Source of the DNA: Octopus sinensis
Lineage: Eukaryota
DNA: 64,000 nucleotides
Direction of reading: 5' to 3'
Assembly: GCF_006345805.1 (NCBI RefSeq)
Contig: NC_043017.1
Span: forward strand, 11,346,001-11,410,000
Position numbers and translations under genes: made by a program. The notes under the pieces are model-generated. The model was not told the origin of the DNA and searched no databases. It saw only the letters and a program-made list of their open reading frames with translations. Below, piece by piece: positions 39,322 to 52,087 of the stretch. How positions within the stretch are numbered: the first letter of the stretch is position 1; every line of letters starts with the position of its first letter.

Positions 39322-40174
39322 AATCAAAAAAATATAATGTCGAATATAATATTTATTTACTTACATTATTTTGAACGAATCATGCATTATTTCATAGCTT
39401 TGAGATATTTTTGATGAGATTGCTTCTTTTTAGATTAACGTTGTAGGGTAGGTGTAAGAGTCTGGATCAGGCTGGTTTCCACATGTGGGGGCCAGTGTAA
39501 ATGCTAAAGGATTATATTGAATATATACTTATAGTACATATCTATACAGGGATGTATACAAAAACACACGCATGAACATACACACAAACACATTTATGCG
39601 CACACACACACACACACATGCATGTGTGTATGTATATATATATATATATCATCATCATCATCATCATCATCATCGTTTAACATCCGTTCTCCAGGCTAGC
39701 ATGGGTTGGACGGTTCGACCGGGGAACTGGGAAGCCAGAAGGCTGCACCAGGCTCCAGTCTTATCTGGCAATGTTTCTACAGCTTGATGCCCTTCCTAAC
39801 GCCAATCACTCCGTGAGTGTAGTGGGTGCTTTTTATGCGCCACCTGCACAGGTGTCAGTATATATATATATATACATACACGCATATATATATATATATA
39901 TATATATATAAAGATACACACATACATATACCTACACCTTCTGACACACTTATACATAAGCTCATATCAATAGAATTTACCGATTCCATCAGATAAAATC
40001 TTATCAAGCCTCAGATCTACAGCAGTGTGTAATTTCAAACTGCTTTTCTTAACAGCAGAGAATACAATTCCTTATTTAGAGGCAATGAAGTCAATGGCTG
40101 AAATATATTCTCTGTAACAGGAATACAATTGACTGTCAAAGAATTCCATTTCCTTATAGCTTATATAATGTCGA

Positions 40175-40556
40175 GTGGAGGCGCAATGGCCCAGTGGTTA
40201 GGGTAGCGGACTCGCGGTCGTAGGATCGCGGTTTCGATTCCCAGACCGGGCGTTGTGAGTGTTTATTGAGCGAAAACACCTAAAAGCTCCACGAGGCTCC
40301 GGCAGGGGATGGTGGTGATCCCTGCTGTACTCTTTCACCACAACTTTCTCTCACTCTTACTTCCTGTTTCTGTTGTACCTGTATTTCAAAGGGCCGGCCT
40401 TGTCACTCTCTGTGTCACGCTGAATATCCCCAAGAACTACGTTAAGGGTACACGTGTCTGTGGAGTACTCAGCCACTTACACGTTAATTTCACGAGCAGG
40501 CTGTTCCGTTGATCGGATCAACCGGAATCCTCGTCGTCATAACCGACGGAGTGCTT
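40175..40556 (+). mobile_element. SINE family B (in tandem duplication unit 2)
   Basis: Same flanks on both sides as 38938-39321. Confidence 0.85.
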
Positions 40557-41344
40557 CAATCAAAAAAATATAATGTCGAATATAATATTTATTTACTTAC
40601 ATTATTTTGAATGAATCATGCATTATTTCATAGCTTTGAGATATTTTTGATGAGATTGCTTCTTTTTAGATTAACATTGTAGGGTAGGTGTAAGAGTCTG
40701 GATCAGGCTGGTTTCCACATGTGTGGCCAGTTTAAATGCTAAAGGATTAAATTGAATATATACTTATAGTACATATCTATACAGGGATGTATACAAAAAC
40801 ACACACATGAACATACACATACAAACACATTTATGCACACACACACACACACACACACACATGCATGTGTGTATGTATATATATATATATCATCATCATC
40901 ATCATCATCGTTTAACGTCCGTTCTCTAGCATGGGTTGGACGGTTCGACCGGGGAACTGGGAAGCCAGAAGGCTGCACCAGGCTCCAGTCTTATCTGGCA
41001 ATGTTTGTACAGCTTGATGCCCTTCCTAACGCCAACCACTCCGTGAGTGTAGTGGGTGCTTTTTACGTGCCACCTGCACAGGTGTCAGTATATATATATA
41101 TACATACATACACGCATATATATATATATATATACATACATACACACACATACACACACACACATATATATATATACATACATACACATATATATATACA
41201 CACACACACATATATATATGTATTGTCGTTGCTATGAACTTATGTCACAGCTAGGTTTTCTAATATTTAAATATATTTTACTCCTGATTCTTGGTGTGTT
41301 GTGCATTATATAGATGTGTGTATAAAAATTAATATATATATTGA

Positions 41345-43465
41345 GAATAACCGAGGAGATGATTAGAGAATAGTGCAGGAGAGCAGTGACATCCATGTAC
41401 TGGCCTGGATGACAAAAGGAAGAATGGTACTATGCCAGAAGGGTCCAAGTAAAGGGAATGTGGTTGGAAATTTTCGACCAATATCTTGTTTGCCACTGAT
41501 GTGGAAACTGATGACGAGCATCATATTGAACAACATCTATAAGCACCTAGATGAGAATAATCTACTACCAGTGGAACAAAAAGGGTGTAGATGTAAAAGC
41601 AGAAGAATGAAGGATCAATTACTAATCGATAAGATATCCTGGCTGATTGCAAGAAGAGACACAAAAATTTGGTGAAGGCATGGGTGGATAATAGGAAAGC
41701 ATATGACATGGTCCCACATTCATGGATTATTGAATGCCTTAAACTGCTTAAGATCTCCCATAATATCCTGAAGTTAATATAAAGCTCAATGGCAACATGG
41801 TGAACTGAACTCACAGCATGGGGAGATGAGCTGGAAGAGGTAAATATCAAAAGAAGAATGGCTTCTGTGCCTGTGGCACATAAAATGCACCATCCAAACA
41901 TGGCCGATGCCAGCGCCGCCTTGTCTGGCTTCCGTACCGGTGGCACGTTAAAAGCACCAACCGATTGTGGCCAATGCCAGACACCCCCTGGCTCTTTTGC
42001 AGGTGGCATGTAAAAAGCACCCACTACACTCTCGGAATGGTTGGCGTTAGAAGGGCATCCAGCTGTAGAAACACTGCCAGATCAGACTGGAGCCTGGTGC
42101 AGCCCCTGGCTTCCCAGACCCCGGTTGAACCGTCCAACCCATGCTAGCATGGAAAACGGACATTAAACGATGATGATGATGATGATGATGAATCTTTGAA
42201 GGGGACAGTCTGTTGCCTTTCCTATTTGTTGTATGTATACTGCCGTTAATGAGCGTTTTAAGAAAGATGCTTGTGGGGTACATGCTCGGCAGGGTGAAAG
42301 TAAACAACCTGTGGTTTATGGATGACCTAAAGCTATTCGCTAAGACTGAGAAAGAAATTGAGAGTTTGACTGCAACTGTGCGGATGATTAGCAAAAGATA
42401 TTGGCATGGAATTTGGGATCGAGAAATGTGGTGTAATGATTCTCAAAAGGGGGAAAACTATAGGATCAAGGTGGAAAGTGGCGAATCTATGAAGGAAGTC
42501 GCAGAGGAAGGATATAAATACCTGAGTATCATTAAAAGAGATAAGGTGAATGAACACAAGATGAAAGAAATGTACAGGAAAGAGTATTTGAGAAGAACTC
42601 GGCTTTGTGCTCCAATCAAAGCTAAATGGCTGCTATAAGGTTAGAGCAATCAACATGTGGGTGGTTGCTTGATGATGGGCAGGAATAGTATCTTGGAAGA
42701 AGCATGAATTACAAGAGATAGACCAGAGAACACGTAAATTAATGACAATTAACCAGGAACCACACCCTAAGAGTGATGTGTTAAGATTGTATGTAAAGAG
42801 GAAGGAGGGAGGATGGGGATTGGTGTGTTGTGAAGGTTGTGTAAGGGAAGAGGAGAATTGTCTGGCTTGGTATGTCAGGGGGAGCAAAGAAGAAATGATT
42901 GAAGCAGTGAAAATGCAAGGACCCTTAAAAGTGAATGAAGCCATAGATCCAACACAATTTAAGAAGGACCAGAGAAAGCAGATGAAAATGCTCTGTCAGT
43001 TCTTGAAGAATAAAGATGAGATTGATTGGAATAGAACCTGGCAATGGTTACAGAAAGGAGACTTAAAAGGGCCCACTGAGGCATTAGTGTGCAGTGCTCA
43101 GAAAGAAGAAACTACTCCAAATATCACATTGATAAAATTACTGACTCACCATAGTGTAGGATGTGCTCTGAGAAGGGAGAAAGTATAAGCCATATTGTTA
43201 GTGAGTGCTGTAAGCTCGCACAATGCGAATATAAAGGAGATATGACAATGTGGCCAGATATGTCCACTGGTTGTTGTGCGGTAAAGCAAACCTTGAGAGA
43301 GCCGAAACAATGGTAAGAACACAAGCCAGATGGTATAATGGAAAATGAATATTACAAAATATTCTGGGATTTTAATATGCAGTGCGACCAAGTCATAGAG
43401 GAAAGAGGACCAGATATTGTGATCATGCATAAAGATGAAAAAGAAGCAAAGATAATAGATGTTGC
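41345..43465 (+). mobile_element. Degenerate non-LTR retrotransposon, R4/Dong-like (RT plus restriction-like endonuclease)
   Basis: Frameshifted motifs [80 protein letters not shown]...IIDVAIPG. A SINE-like insertion at 41860-42189 splits the RT. Confidence 0.85.
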
Positions 43466-43872
43466 AATACCAGGCGTTGCTAGTCACCCTTCTACTCACA
43501 TGACCTCCCTCACTCCTCTCTTTCCAGCAAGGCCCCTTGGAAGTTTGCATGACATCACTGACCCCATGCTTCTGGCCCACCTCAGCTCCACAGCCTCATT
43601 TTAAATATTTGCATGCATTAATGCCTCCTATGTTGAATATTTGTGGAAATTACTCAAGAAGGTGAGGAGTTTTAGTAACAAAATTATTTTGGACCTCAGC
43701 TCATTGTCAGTCTTGGTGGTATGTGGCTTAGTGGCTCAGTGGCTAGGGTATTGCACTTGTGATCATAAGATTGTGGTTTCAATTCCTGGACCAGGTGATG
43801 CATTGTGGTCTTGAACAAAATACTTCATATCCTATTGCTCCAATCAACACATTTATCAAAAATGAGTAATCC

Positions 43873-43945
43873 TGTGACACACTGTGGCACACTGTGACAT
43901 ACTGTGGCACACTGTGATACACTGTGGAACACTGTGACACACTGG
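43873..43945. repeat. 11-bp tandem repeat, about 6 units
   Basis: ACACTGTG(A/G)C-type units. Confidence 0.8.
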
Positions 43946-44221
43946 TGTCCCATCCAGTGGGGGAATATATGTACCACAAAATCTGGGAAACTGGCCTTGT
44001 GAGTGTGTGGCTTGAGAACAATCTTTGATCCTTTTTGACATCATCAATCATGTTTCTGCTCATGATAACACAAAGGATAATCCATGTTTTAATCCTGACA
44101 AAGATTTTATTTGAAAAATGTGTTTAAAAAAACGTAAATGTTTTATACACACACATATACATCATATACATTCCTTCTTTCATTATTTTTATCCTCAGTC
44201 ATTTGACTGCTGCCATATTGG

Positions 44222-44268
<47 letters not shown>

Positions 44269-44283
44269 TATAATAATAATAAT

Positions 44284-44680
44284 GAAATTATTGTATACAG
44301 TGCTCAGGTGCACCACAACTTGTCAGAAAGTGTGTATAAAGTATATGCAGTAATGTACAAATGTCTGGAAAGCGAACAATGTATGAGTCAGATACATGCT
44401 TGTGTGTGTATGGAGGGGAGAAAATCAGGTGTAGTGTTGGCGAATCTCAGGAAGCATGGAAGTTTTGAAGGATGCAGTGCTCCGACAACTAACAAAAGGT
44501 GCTCAGAGTTATTGTTTGTAAGATGGTTGATAATTTTATGGGTGTCTGCCAAGTCAGCTGCCAGACGTCGGAGTTTCACTAACTTGTCGAATCCCATTGC
44601 TTTTTGCTTGCTGTCTATTTTAGCATCATCAATGTTACAAGGAAAGGTAAATTCAACCTAGCAGGTGGGATTTGAAGAAA
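44284..44680 (-). mobile_element. CR1/L2-like LINE 3' fragment
   Basis: LVKLRRLAADLADTHKIINHL resembles the L.L..RR..DL...YKI C-terminal motif. An (AAT)n tract is adjacent. Confidence 0.5.
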
Positions 44681-45585
44681 GATTGTAAAGGGGTGGAAGT
44701 AAATATCAAGGAGGTAAAACCCAGAAGGGGAAATAACTGGTGCTGGTTTGTGTCAGAAATATTCAGTCAATCGAAAATGTTTGAAGATTGGTGAAAATAT
44801 TTATTTGCTATGAATTGTGCATAACTTTTTTTAGCTTTGATCTTTATCTGAGAATGAGGAAAGAAAAGTAAAAAGTAGTCTTGTCACTTGGAGTTGGTCA
44901 TGTAGGGAGGGCCTTTGTTGATCAATGTTGACCATCCATTTACACGTGTATGTTTAATACTGGGTAAGATTTCTTTTGGGGAGGTCTGGGAGTCAGTGGC
45001 ATAGAGTGTATGGGACACCTGAAACTGCCCTTGAGTTTACTACCACTCTTAAGGAACCACTTAGAAAATAGCTTATACAACAGACCTGAAATAGCTACCA
45101 TCATAAAAACACTGATCTAGGGTGCTAGCACCCTAACCATAACCTTATCCTGACTCTTCGCCTCTTCATTCCTCCATTCCCATCCCCTCCTCTCCTCATC
45201 CCCATTCTGAGCTAAGTTGACATATGTTGGGACAACTTTTGTACCCACTGAAGTTCCAGATATTTGTTGGTGGGTATCTTTCTTGAAAAGGAAGTAGCCG
45301 TTTTGAAGGATAAATTCTAATCTTTCTGTGATGAATCATGGATTAATTTGGAGCTTTTTAGCCAAAAGGCCATTGCCCCTAATCCAGACTTATGCAGGAT
45401 GGTAGTATATAAAGATTTAATACATCAAGTGAAGTGATTATGGTATATTTATACATTCAAATCCAATTTGAGGGAATGAGAGCAGGTAAAATCCAGGCTA
45501 CATATGTGTCCTAGCTAGCAGATCCTTGGAAGTAATAATTACTCAATGACGGGTACTCCACTAGCTATTCATCAGGCTGAAGATA

Positions 45586-45819
45586 CCTATTTCTTTATTA
45601 CCCACAAGGGGCTAAACACAGAGGGGACAAACAAGGACAGACATAGGTATTAAGTCGATTACATCGACCCCAGTGCGTAACTGGTACTTAATTTATCGAC
45701 CCCGAAAGGATGAAAGGCAAAGTCGACCTCGGTGGAATTTGAACTCACAATGTAACGACAGACGAAATACCGCTAGGTGTTTTGTCCGGCATGCTAACGT
45801 TTCTGCCAGCTCACCACCT
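45586..45819 (-). mobile_element. SINE family D
   Basis: 14-bp TSD TCAGGCTGAAGATA at 45572-45585 and 45820-45833. Confidence 0.87.
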
Positions 45820-46192
45820 TCAGGCTGAAGATATCTTGGTCAACTAAAGTTTAGATTGTCATTAAGGAATCTCGAGTTAACTTACCAGAGATATAATTAA
45901 AAAAGTTATATATCCAGCGAGTTAGGAGATATATGTAACCTGGGTTTTACCAGCTCCATTCCTTAAATTTGGATTTTTATTCACATTCATAGCAACCTTA
46001 GTTGCTTACTTTGTGCTATAAAAATACTTTTTTCAGCTTATCAAATTCTGATATGGAAAAAACCCATCACCTTTTTATGCCAATAAACTATTATTGTTCC
46101 TGAAAATTGTTTTTTTTTATACCTACCATGAATTGTTTGAAGCTTACTAACTTCCTACACCTTGACCCATGGATCTTACAATTACACAACAT

Positions 46193-46224
<32 letters not shown>

Positions 46225-46302
46225 TATATAGATAAATTTGACTTGTTTTTGTCTTCTGATAATATCATTTATTTCTTGCTATTCTCTTTGTATGTCTTCT
46301 AG

Positions 46303-46479
46303 TTGGCTGTCAGAAGTTAAGGAACAGCAAATATATGACCGTATCTGTAGATGTTGTTGAAGGAATTGAGGAAATGACTATTGCATGTAATGAAGGAACC
46401 CATGAACCAGCAGACAATATCACCAACGTTATATGTCTTCAGAATAAATGGGTTCCATTTATTCCTAAATGCAGACCAA
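46303..46479 (+). CDS. CCP/Sushi exon B1 (short module; correct frame not in the ORF track)
   Basis: ttctag acceptor, A|GTAAGT donor, 177 nt. Hand translation: GCQKLRNSKYMTVSVDVVEGIEEMTIACNEGTHEPADNITNVICLQNKWVPFIPKCRP. Confidence 0.88.
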
Positions 46480-47193
46480 GTAAGTTACCTGTATAGCGTA
46501 CACTTATGCATACACACACATAGAGAGAGATACACAGATTTGCACACACATATCCACATGTGCAGAGATATACACATGCACACACATGCAGGCACCCTCC
46601 CCATCCCTTCTGCATGCACACACATGTGCCTATGTGTACCTTTTCGTGCTTGCACAGGTCAGGCAGAATTTGCTGAGACAGATTTTCTGCAACTGGACAC
46701 CCTCCCTGTTGCATACCCTCACCTGTTTCTAAGTAAGGTAGTATTTCTCCACATGACCAAACATGACTTCATACACACGACACTGCTTGTATGACAATGG
46801 CACTTATTTACAACTACCACCCAATGTCAAGACAAAGAGGCACAGACAGACACACACTCACATACTCCATTTACTTTCTTTCAACTTCAGTTTCAAAATA
46901 ATCGTAAATTATCTCAATCACGGGATCGATTTCATATTTTAAATCTCTATAACAAAATGCAATAAAGTGTTTCCTAGGTGACCCGTTGCACTTACACATC
47001 CGAATGCACTTGGGGCACCCAATGCTGTATTGCAAATAACTGCAGCAGTGAACTATACATAGGAACTAATAATTTATGCTTGTGTGTTCTGTATATGATA
47101 ACTATTAACATTGTCAAGTTCAGTGGTAGACTAACCACTATAACTAAAAGCTAACTAGATAATAAAGATTTATGTGGAGCTCTAACTTATACT

Positions 47194-47232
<39 letters not shown>

Positions 47233-47379
47233 ATAGTAGTAGTAGTAGTAGCAGCAGCCGTTCAAGAATTTGGACCTGGAGATTTCCATTTCCAGCGACT
47301 TCGAGGGCCACTTCCCAGTGGCATTTATGTATAGTAATGCCCTTCATGTAAATAAATATATTTAAAGGGAATAATTAAT

Positions 47380-47665
47380 AAATTCTTCGCTTATGAGGTT
47401 TTTCCCACTAACTACTTGATAATTTCTTATAAAGATTTTATCCTGTTTTTAATATATATATATATATATATAGCTCCTACACACATTTTTTTCTCTCCTT
47501 GTTTCTCTCCTTGTTTTTTTCTGTGTATCTTTCTGTCGAAGAGCGTAGGCTCGAAACGTAAAAGACTTTTTCTATTTCTATTCATGAGCGCTATACTAAT
47601 ACATTTGTTTGCTTGTACTCCACCTGCCTTTGTCTTTTGTTTATTTTTGTAAACTTTCCTGTTAT
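47380..47665 (+). mobile_element. Penelope-type terminal repeat fragment containing a minimal hammerhead fold (47528-47565)
   Basis: TCTTT-CTGTCGA-A-GAGC gtag GCTC-GAAAC-GTA-AAAGA. Homologous copies at 1-145, about 17230-17350 and 60228-60425. Confidence 0.65.
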
Positions 47666-48387
47666 ATATATATATATATATATATATGCATATATGTACT
47701 TAAATACATACACAACAGATATTTTTTCAGTTTCCATCTTTCAAATTCACTCAAAATTTTTTTGGTTGACCTGGGGCTATAGCAGATGACACTTGCTCAA
47801 GGGGGCCACATAGTGTAACTGAACCTGAAACAATATGGTAGGGGAACAACCTCCTTAACCACTCAGCCCCACCTCACAATTATTAATACACTTTGCCACA
47901 TTACTAAATATCTAAGTGATAACCTTGGAAATTTGAGGATTTTCTTGACTAAGAAAGTAATTGACCGGCTAAACCACACACACACACTTTGCAAATGCAA
48001 TCTCTATGCACAACAGTCAAAAATTTACAGTAAATATATTTTAAAGTTGATTTAATCTCTTAGAACTGTCCGTGCCACCATCAAAGGAATCCTTTCCAGT
48101 TTTGTGCTGATGTTATGGCGAGTGTCATCAACTGCTGGATTTCTCGTTAAAGCTAACTAAATATTTATTTTCAAAATAAAACTTCTGTATATTGTGTGAC
48201 AAAGTAATTAATGAGAAAATTAATTTGATACGGAAAATCTGTAACCAAAATAATTTAAGTAGCAGACATATTGTAAACTAATTTTTCTTCCACAACAAAT
48301 AAGCAGTTGTTGTTATCTTGTACGAGGTTATTAGTTTTTATCAGCATTATTATCATCATCATCATCATTATTATTATTATTATTATT

Positions 48388-48422
<35 letters not shown>

Positions 48423-48530
48423 TATTATTACTATTATCATCATCATCATCATCATTATTATTACTATTATCATCATCATCATTATTATTACTATTATCAT
48501 CATCATCATCATCATTATTATTATTATTAC

Positions 48531-48572
<42 letters not shown>

Positions 48573-48629
48573 TATTATTATTATTATTATTATTATTTAT
48601 TATTATTATTATTATTATTATCATTATTA

Positions 48630-48666
<37 letters not shown>

Positions 48667-48703
48667 CATCCTTATTATTATTATTATTATTATTATTATC
48701 ATT

Positions 48704-48747
<44 letters not shown>

Positions 48748-49474
48748 CATTATCATTATCATCATCATCATCATCATTATTGTTGTTGTTGTTGTTGTTT
48801 GTTGTTGTTGTTATTATTATTATTATTAGACAGTGAGCAGGCAGAATCGTTAGCAGGCTTGGAGAAATGCTGCTAAGCATTTCATCTGTCCTTACTTTAC
48901 TTTTCACCCTTTTGGGGGCAATGAAATAAGTACCAGTTAAGTACTGGGGTCGATGTAATTGACTAACCCCCACCTCCTCAAATTTCAGGCCTTGTGCCTT
49001 TAGTAGAAAGGATTATTATTATTGCTTTTGTTGCCATTGTTATTATTAATATTTTTTGCCAGCTGAAGTCCTGTATGTGAGTCTCTACATCTCTATCATT
49101 CAATAAATACAGTCCTCTATTTTCAATGATATTGAGGTCTACCTCACACACACACACACACATGTATGTATGCATATATATATATATATATATAATCTTG
49201 CAAAACAAATATATATATATATATATATATATGTAAATGTAAAAAAATACAAACTGAGACAAGAACGCAAAACATTTAGAAGACGATTCAAAAAACACGG
49301 ACGGGACATTCAAAGCCTTCAATCTTCAGTCAAGAACCGGATCATCTTTGCAATTTTGGCTGATTAATCTTGAGATTGCTCTGATCTGGCCAGCCCCAAA
49401 GGAAAATCTAAGCCAAGTGCATTAGATTCCTTGGAAGAAAGCCTATATATATATGTATATATATATGTATGTAT

Positions 49475-49556
<82 letters not shown>

Positions 49557-49605
49557 AGTATGTGTATATATATATATATGTATTATCTTTTATTTCCCTT
49601 TCTAG

Positions 49606-49803
49606 ATCCTTGCAAAGTTCCAGAGTTGAACAATGGGCATTACCATTCCTCTTTACTTGGCAGAATCCAGTCTGGCACTGAGATGGAACATGGTCAAACC
49701 ATTTATGCCAAATGTGAAAATGGTTACGAAACAACAAAGTTTTATTTCACTTCTTGTAAATATGGAGAATTCAAGAACATTGAAAACATTTCTTGCGTAG
49801 AAA
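49606..49803 (+). CDS. CCP/Sushi exon B2 (consensus Trp replaced by Phe)
   Basis: ttctag acceptor, A|GTAAGT donor, 198 nt. [10 protein letters not shown]...[41 protein letters not shown]. Confidence 0.92.
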
Positions 49804-50169
49804 GTAAGTAATTGTTGTAAATTGATTTTATGTCGATGTTTAAATCAGGGAATCAGCAGGGTTATTAGAATATGATCAAAATGCTAAGTTGCACTGTTTC
49901 CGGCCTTTTACATTCTGAGTTCAAATTTTGCTGAGGTCGACTTGTGCTTTCATTCTATGTGGGCCAATAAAATAAAGTACCAGTTAAATTCTGGGATCAA
50001 TGTAATAAGCTAACACACTGCCCACAAAATTGCTGGCCTTGTTTCAGAATGTCCGAATTTGAAACCATTGTTATTATTATCATAGTTTTATTGTATTTGC
50101 ACAGTTTCTAACACTAGAGATGTACTACAATGTCAGCTGTTCACTGCCAGTGAACTAAGGTAACACCCC

Positions 50170-50525
50170 TTATTTTTCAAGTACCATCTGGAGTATTCGA
50201 GCGATTCCAAGCAGTGCTGTTTTCTGCAAATGCTCCATCCTTATTGCAGCCCCTATTTGTTCCATGTACTTCTCAAGATTTTTGCTCACTGTTCCCATGG
50301 CTCCGACAGTTATTGGTACTTCTACCACCTTTTTCAGCAACCACAACTGCTTAACCTTCCAAGCTAACCTGTTATATCTACCAATTTTTCTTTCTTCCTT
50401 ATCACATACCATGTTGTCAGCTGGGCATGCTATATCTGTGATCCAGAATCGTTTGCTTTCTTTCTCAACACTATGTCTGGTTTCCTATTCTCTATCTCAT
50501 GGTCACACTGAATCATAAAATCCCA
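50170..50525 (-). mobile_element. RLE-type (R4-like) LINE 3' end
   Basis: KILWDF...VVEVPITVGAMGTV...LQKTALLGIARIL. A related tail lies at about 21860-22113 (+). Confidence 0.75.
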
Positions 50526-50565
50526 TAGGATCTTTGCATTATCATTATTATTATTATTATTATTG

Positions 50566-51003
50566 AGTGAGAGAGCAGTTCATGCCATCAAAGTGACACT
50601 GGGGTAAAATATACGAAGCCCAATATACCCATCATGACTACCCGTCTGATAAAGGTACACCAGGCACATGCATCACAACCATATGTGCGCGACAAGGTGA
50701 TCTTATATCAAGATAAACAGCACATGACCTTGCAGGTGGGGCGCAGTTAGAATTTTCTTCAGGTTGAGTAGCCCATCCCGCTCAAACGGTCCCTGAATAA
50801 GGGTTGTTTAAGGATGTTGAAAGAACCACCCATGTTTCCAGAGGTGAACTATTCAAACCCCAAAGAATCCCTCTCAACACATGGTTATGATGCTCCCCCA
50901 CTACTTCTGCTCGTGATCAGAGATGCACATATCGTCAGCCACTAAGGGACATGCTCAACTGGTTAAGGTCAAACAACTGACAAGCAAATCTGTGGTATTG
51001 AGC

Positions 51004-51004
<1 letters not shown>
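50566..51004 (-). mobile_element. Interspersed repeat family E with (AAT)n tail (probable SINE)
   Basis: Near-identical to 57429-57970. Both are preceded by (TTA)n on the + strand. Confidence 0.7.
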
Positions 51005-51060
<56 letters not shown>

Positions 51061-51427
51061 GCCATTTGAACTCAATTATTTTGTTCCTTTATTGGTTTTA
51101 ATAGTTGGACAGCAACCCCTTTGGAGTCTGTCCTTGAGGTAATATCAATCCTCACACCCTACCCTGTAGTTTTCAAGCATTTATTTTATCAAACTGGGTA
51201 AAGGACAAGGTGGACCGAAGCTATTGAACTGTGCAATGAAAGCTTACAGATTAACACTTCAAAGTCACTGTCAGCCTTCTTCTTGTAAAAGTATAACCAA
51301 ATCAATATGTACTTTACAAAAAGTTGAGTCATTCTTCAGTTAAGTGTTAAATTAATTTTATTATGACTCAACTATTAAGAAGTCATTAGTATTAAAATGA
51401 GAAATCATTAATATATATCTAAATTAA

Positions 51428-51649
51428 CCCTTTCATTACCGTATTTATTTTGAGATGCTCTGTGTTTCTTTCAATTAATTTTAAATATAACAAAGAATTT
51501 AGTAAAATAACTTCGTTATCATTAAGCTAGTCTTAGGAACATAAATTGTGACTAAGGTTTGGTGGAAGATTTTAATTTAAATTTTATGGAAACAAAACAT
51601 TTGTACTACAGAGCCAGAGCCAGTTTCAGTCGGGTTGGTAACGAAAGGG
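51428..51649. mobile_element. piggyBac-like MITE
   Basis: TTAA|CCCTTTCATTACC...GGTAACGAAAGGG|TTAA: TTAA duplication and CCC termini. Confidence 0.75.
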
Positions 51650-51895
51650 TTAAGGTAACAAGCTAGCAGAATCATTAGCAGACTGAGCAAATGGCTTGGC
51701 AGCATTTCATTCATCTTCACATTCTGAGTTCAAATTCTACCAAGGCTGACTTTACCTTTCATCCTTTCAGGGTCGATAAAATAAGTACCAGTTGATCACT
51801 GGGGGTCATCTTACTTCTTCCCCGCCAAATTGCTGGCCTTGTGCCAAAATCTGAAATCAGTATGTGTGCATGTACATATTCAATTTATATTCCAG

Positions 51896-52087
51896 AGAGT
51901 TGTAAATCTCTGAAGAAGATAACTAATGGCACATTTGACGAAATCGAAAATGGTGAACAGCTTCCTTGGATTCCTGGTACCAAAACTAAAGTAATCTGTG
52001 AAAATGGTTTCATTCCCAAGAATGGCATCACCAATGTTACATGTCAGCGAGGAAGATGGCAGCCTGATGAACCAAGCTGCATACCAA
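51896..52087 (+). CDS. CCP/Sushi exon B3
   Basis: ttccag acceptor, A|GTATTT donor, 192 nt. SCKSLKKITNG...WIPGTKTKVICENGFIPKNGITNVTCQRGRWQPDEPSCIP. Confidence 0.92.

Larger units (their letters stand above)
38677..41130. repeat. Tandem segmental duplication, period about 1233 bp
   Basis: Units start AAAGATACACAC at 38677 and 39910. Unique sequence, SINE B and a second repeat fragment are all collinear. Confidence 0.9.

Noticed and set aside
48064-48160. Possible exon after ctcttag between B1 and B2
   Set aside because: The phase-1 frame stops after 15 codons and there is no CCP pattern or donor.
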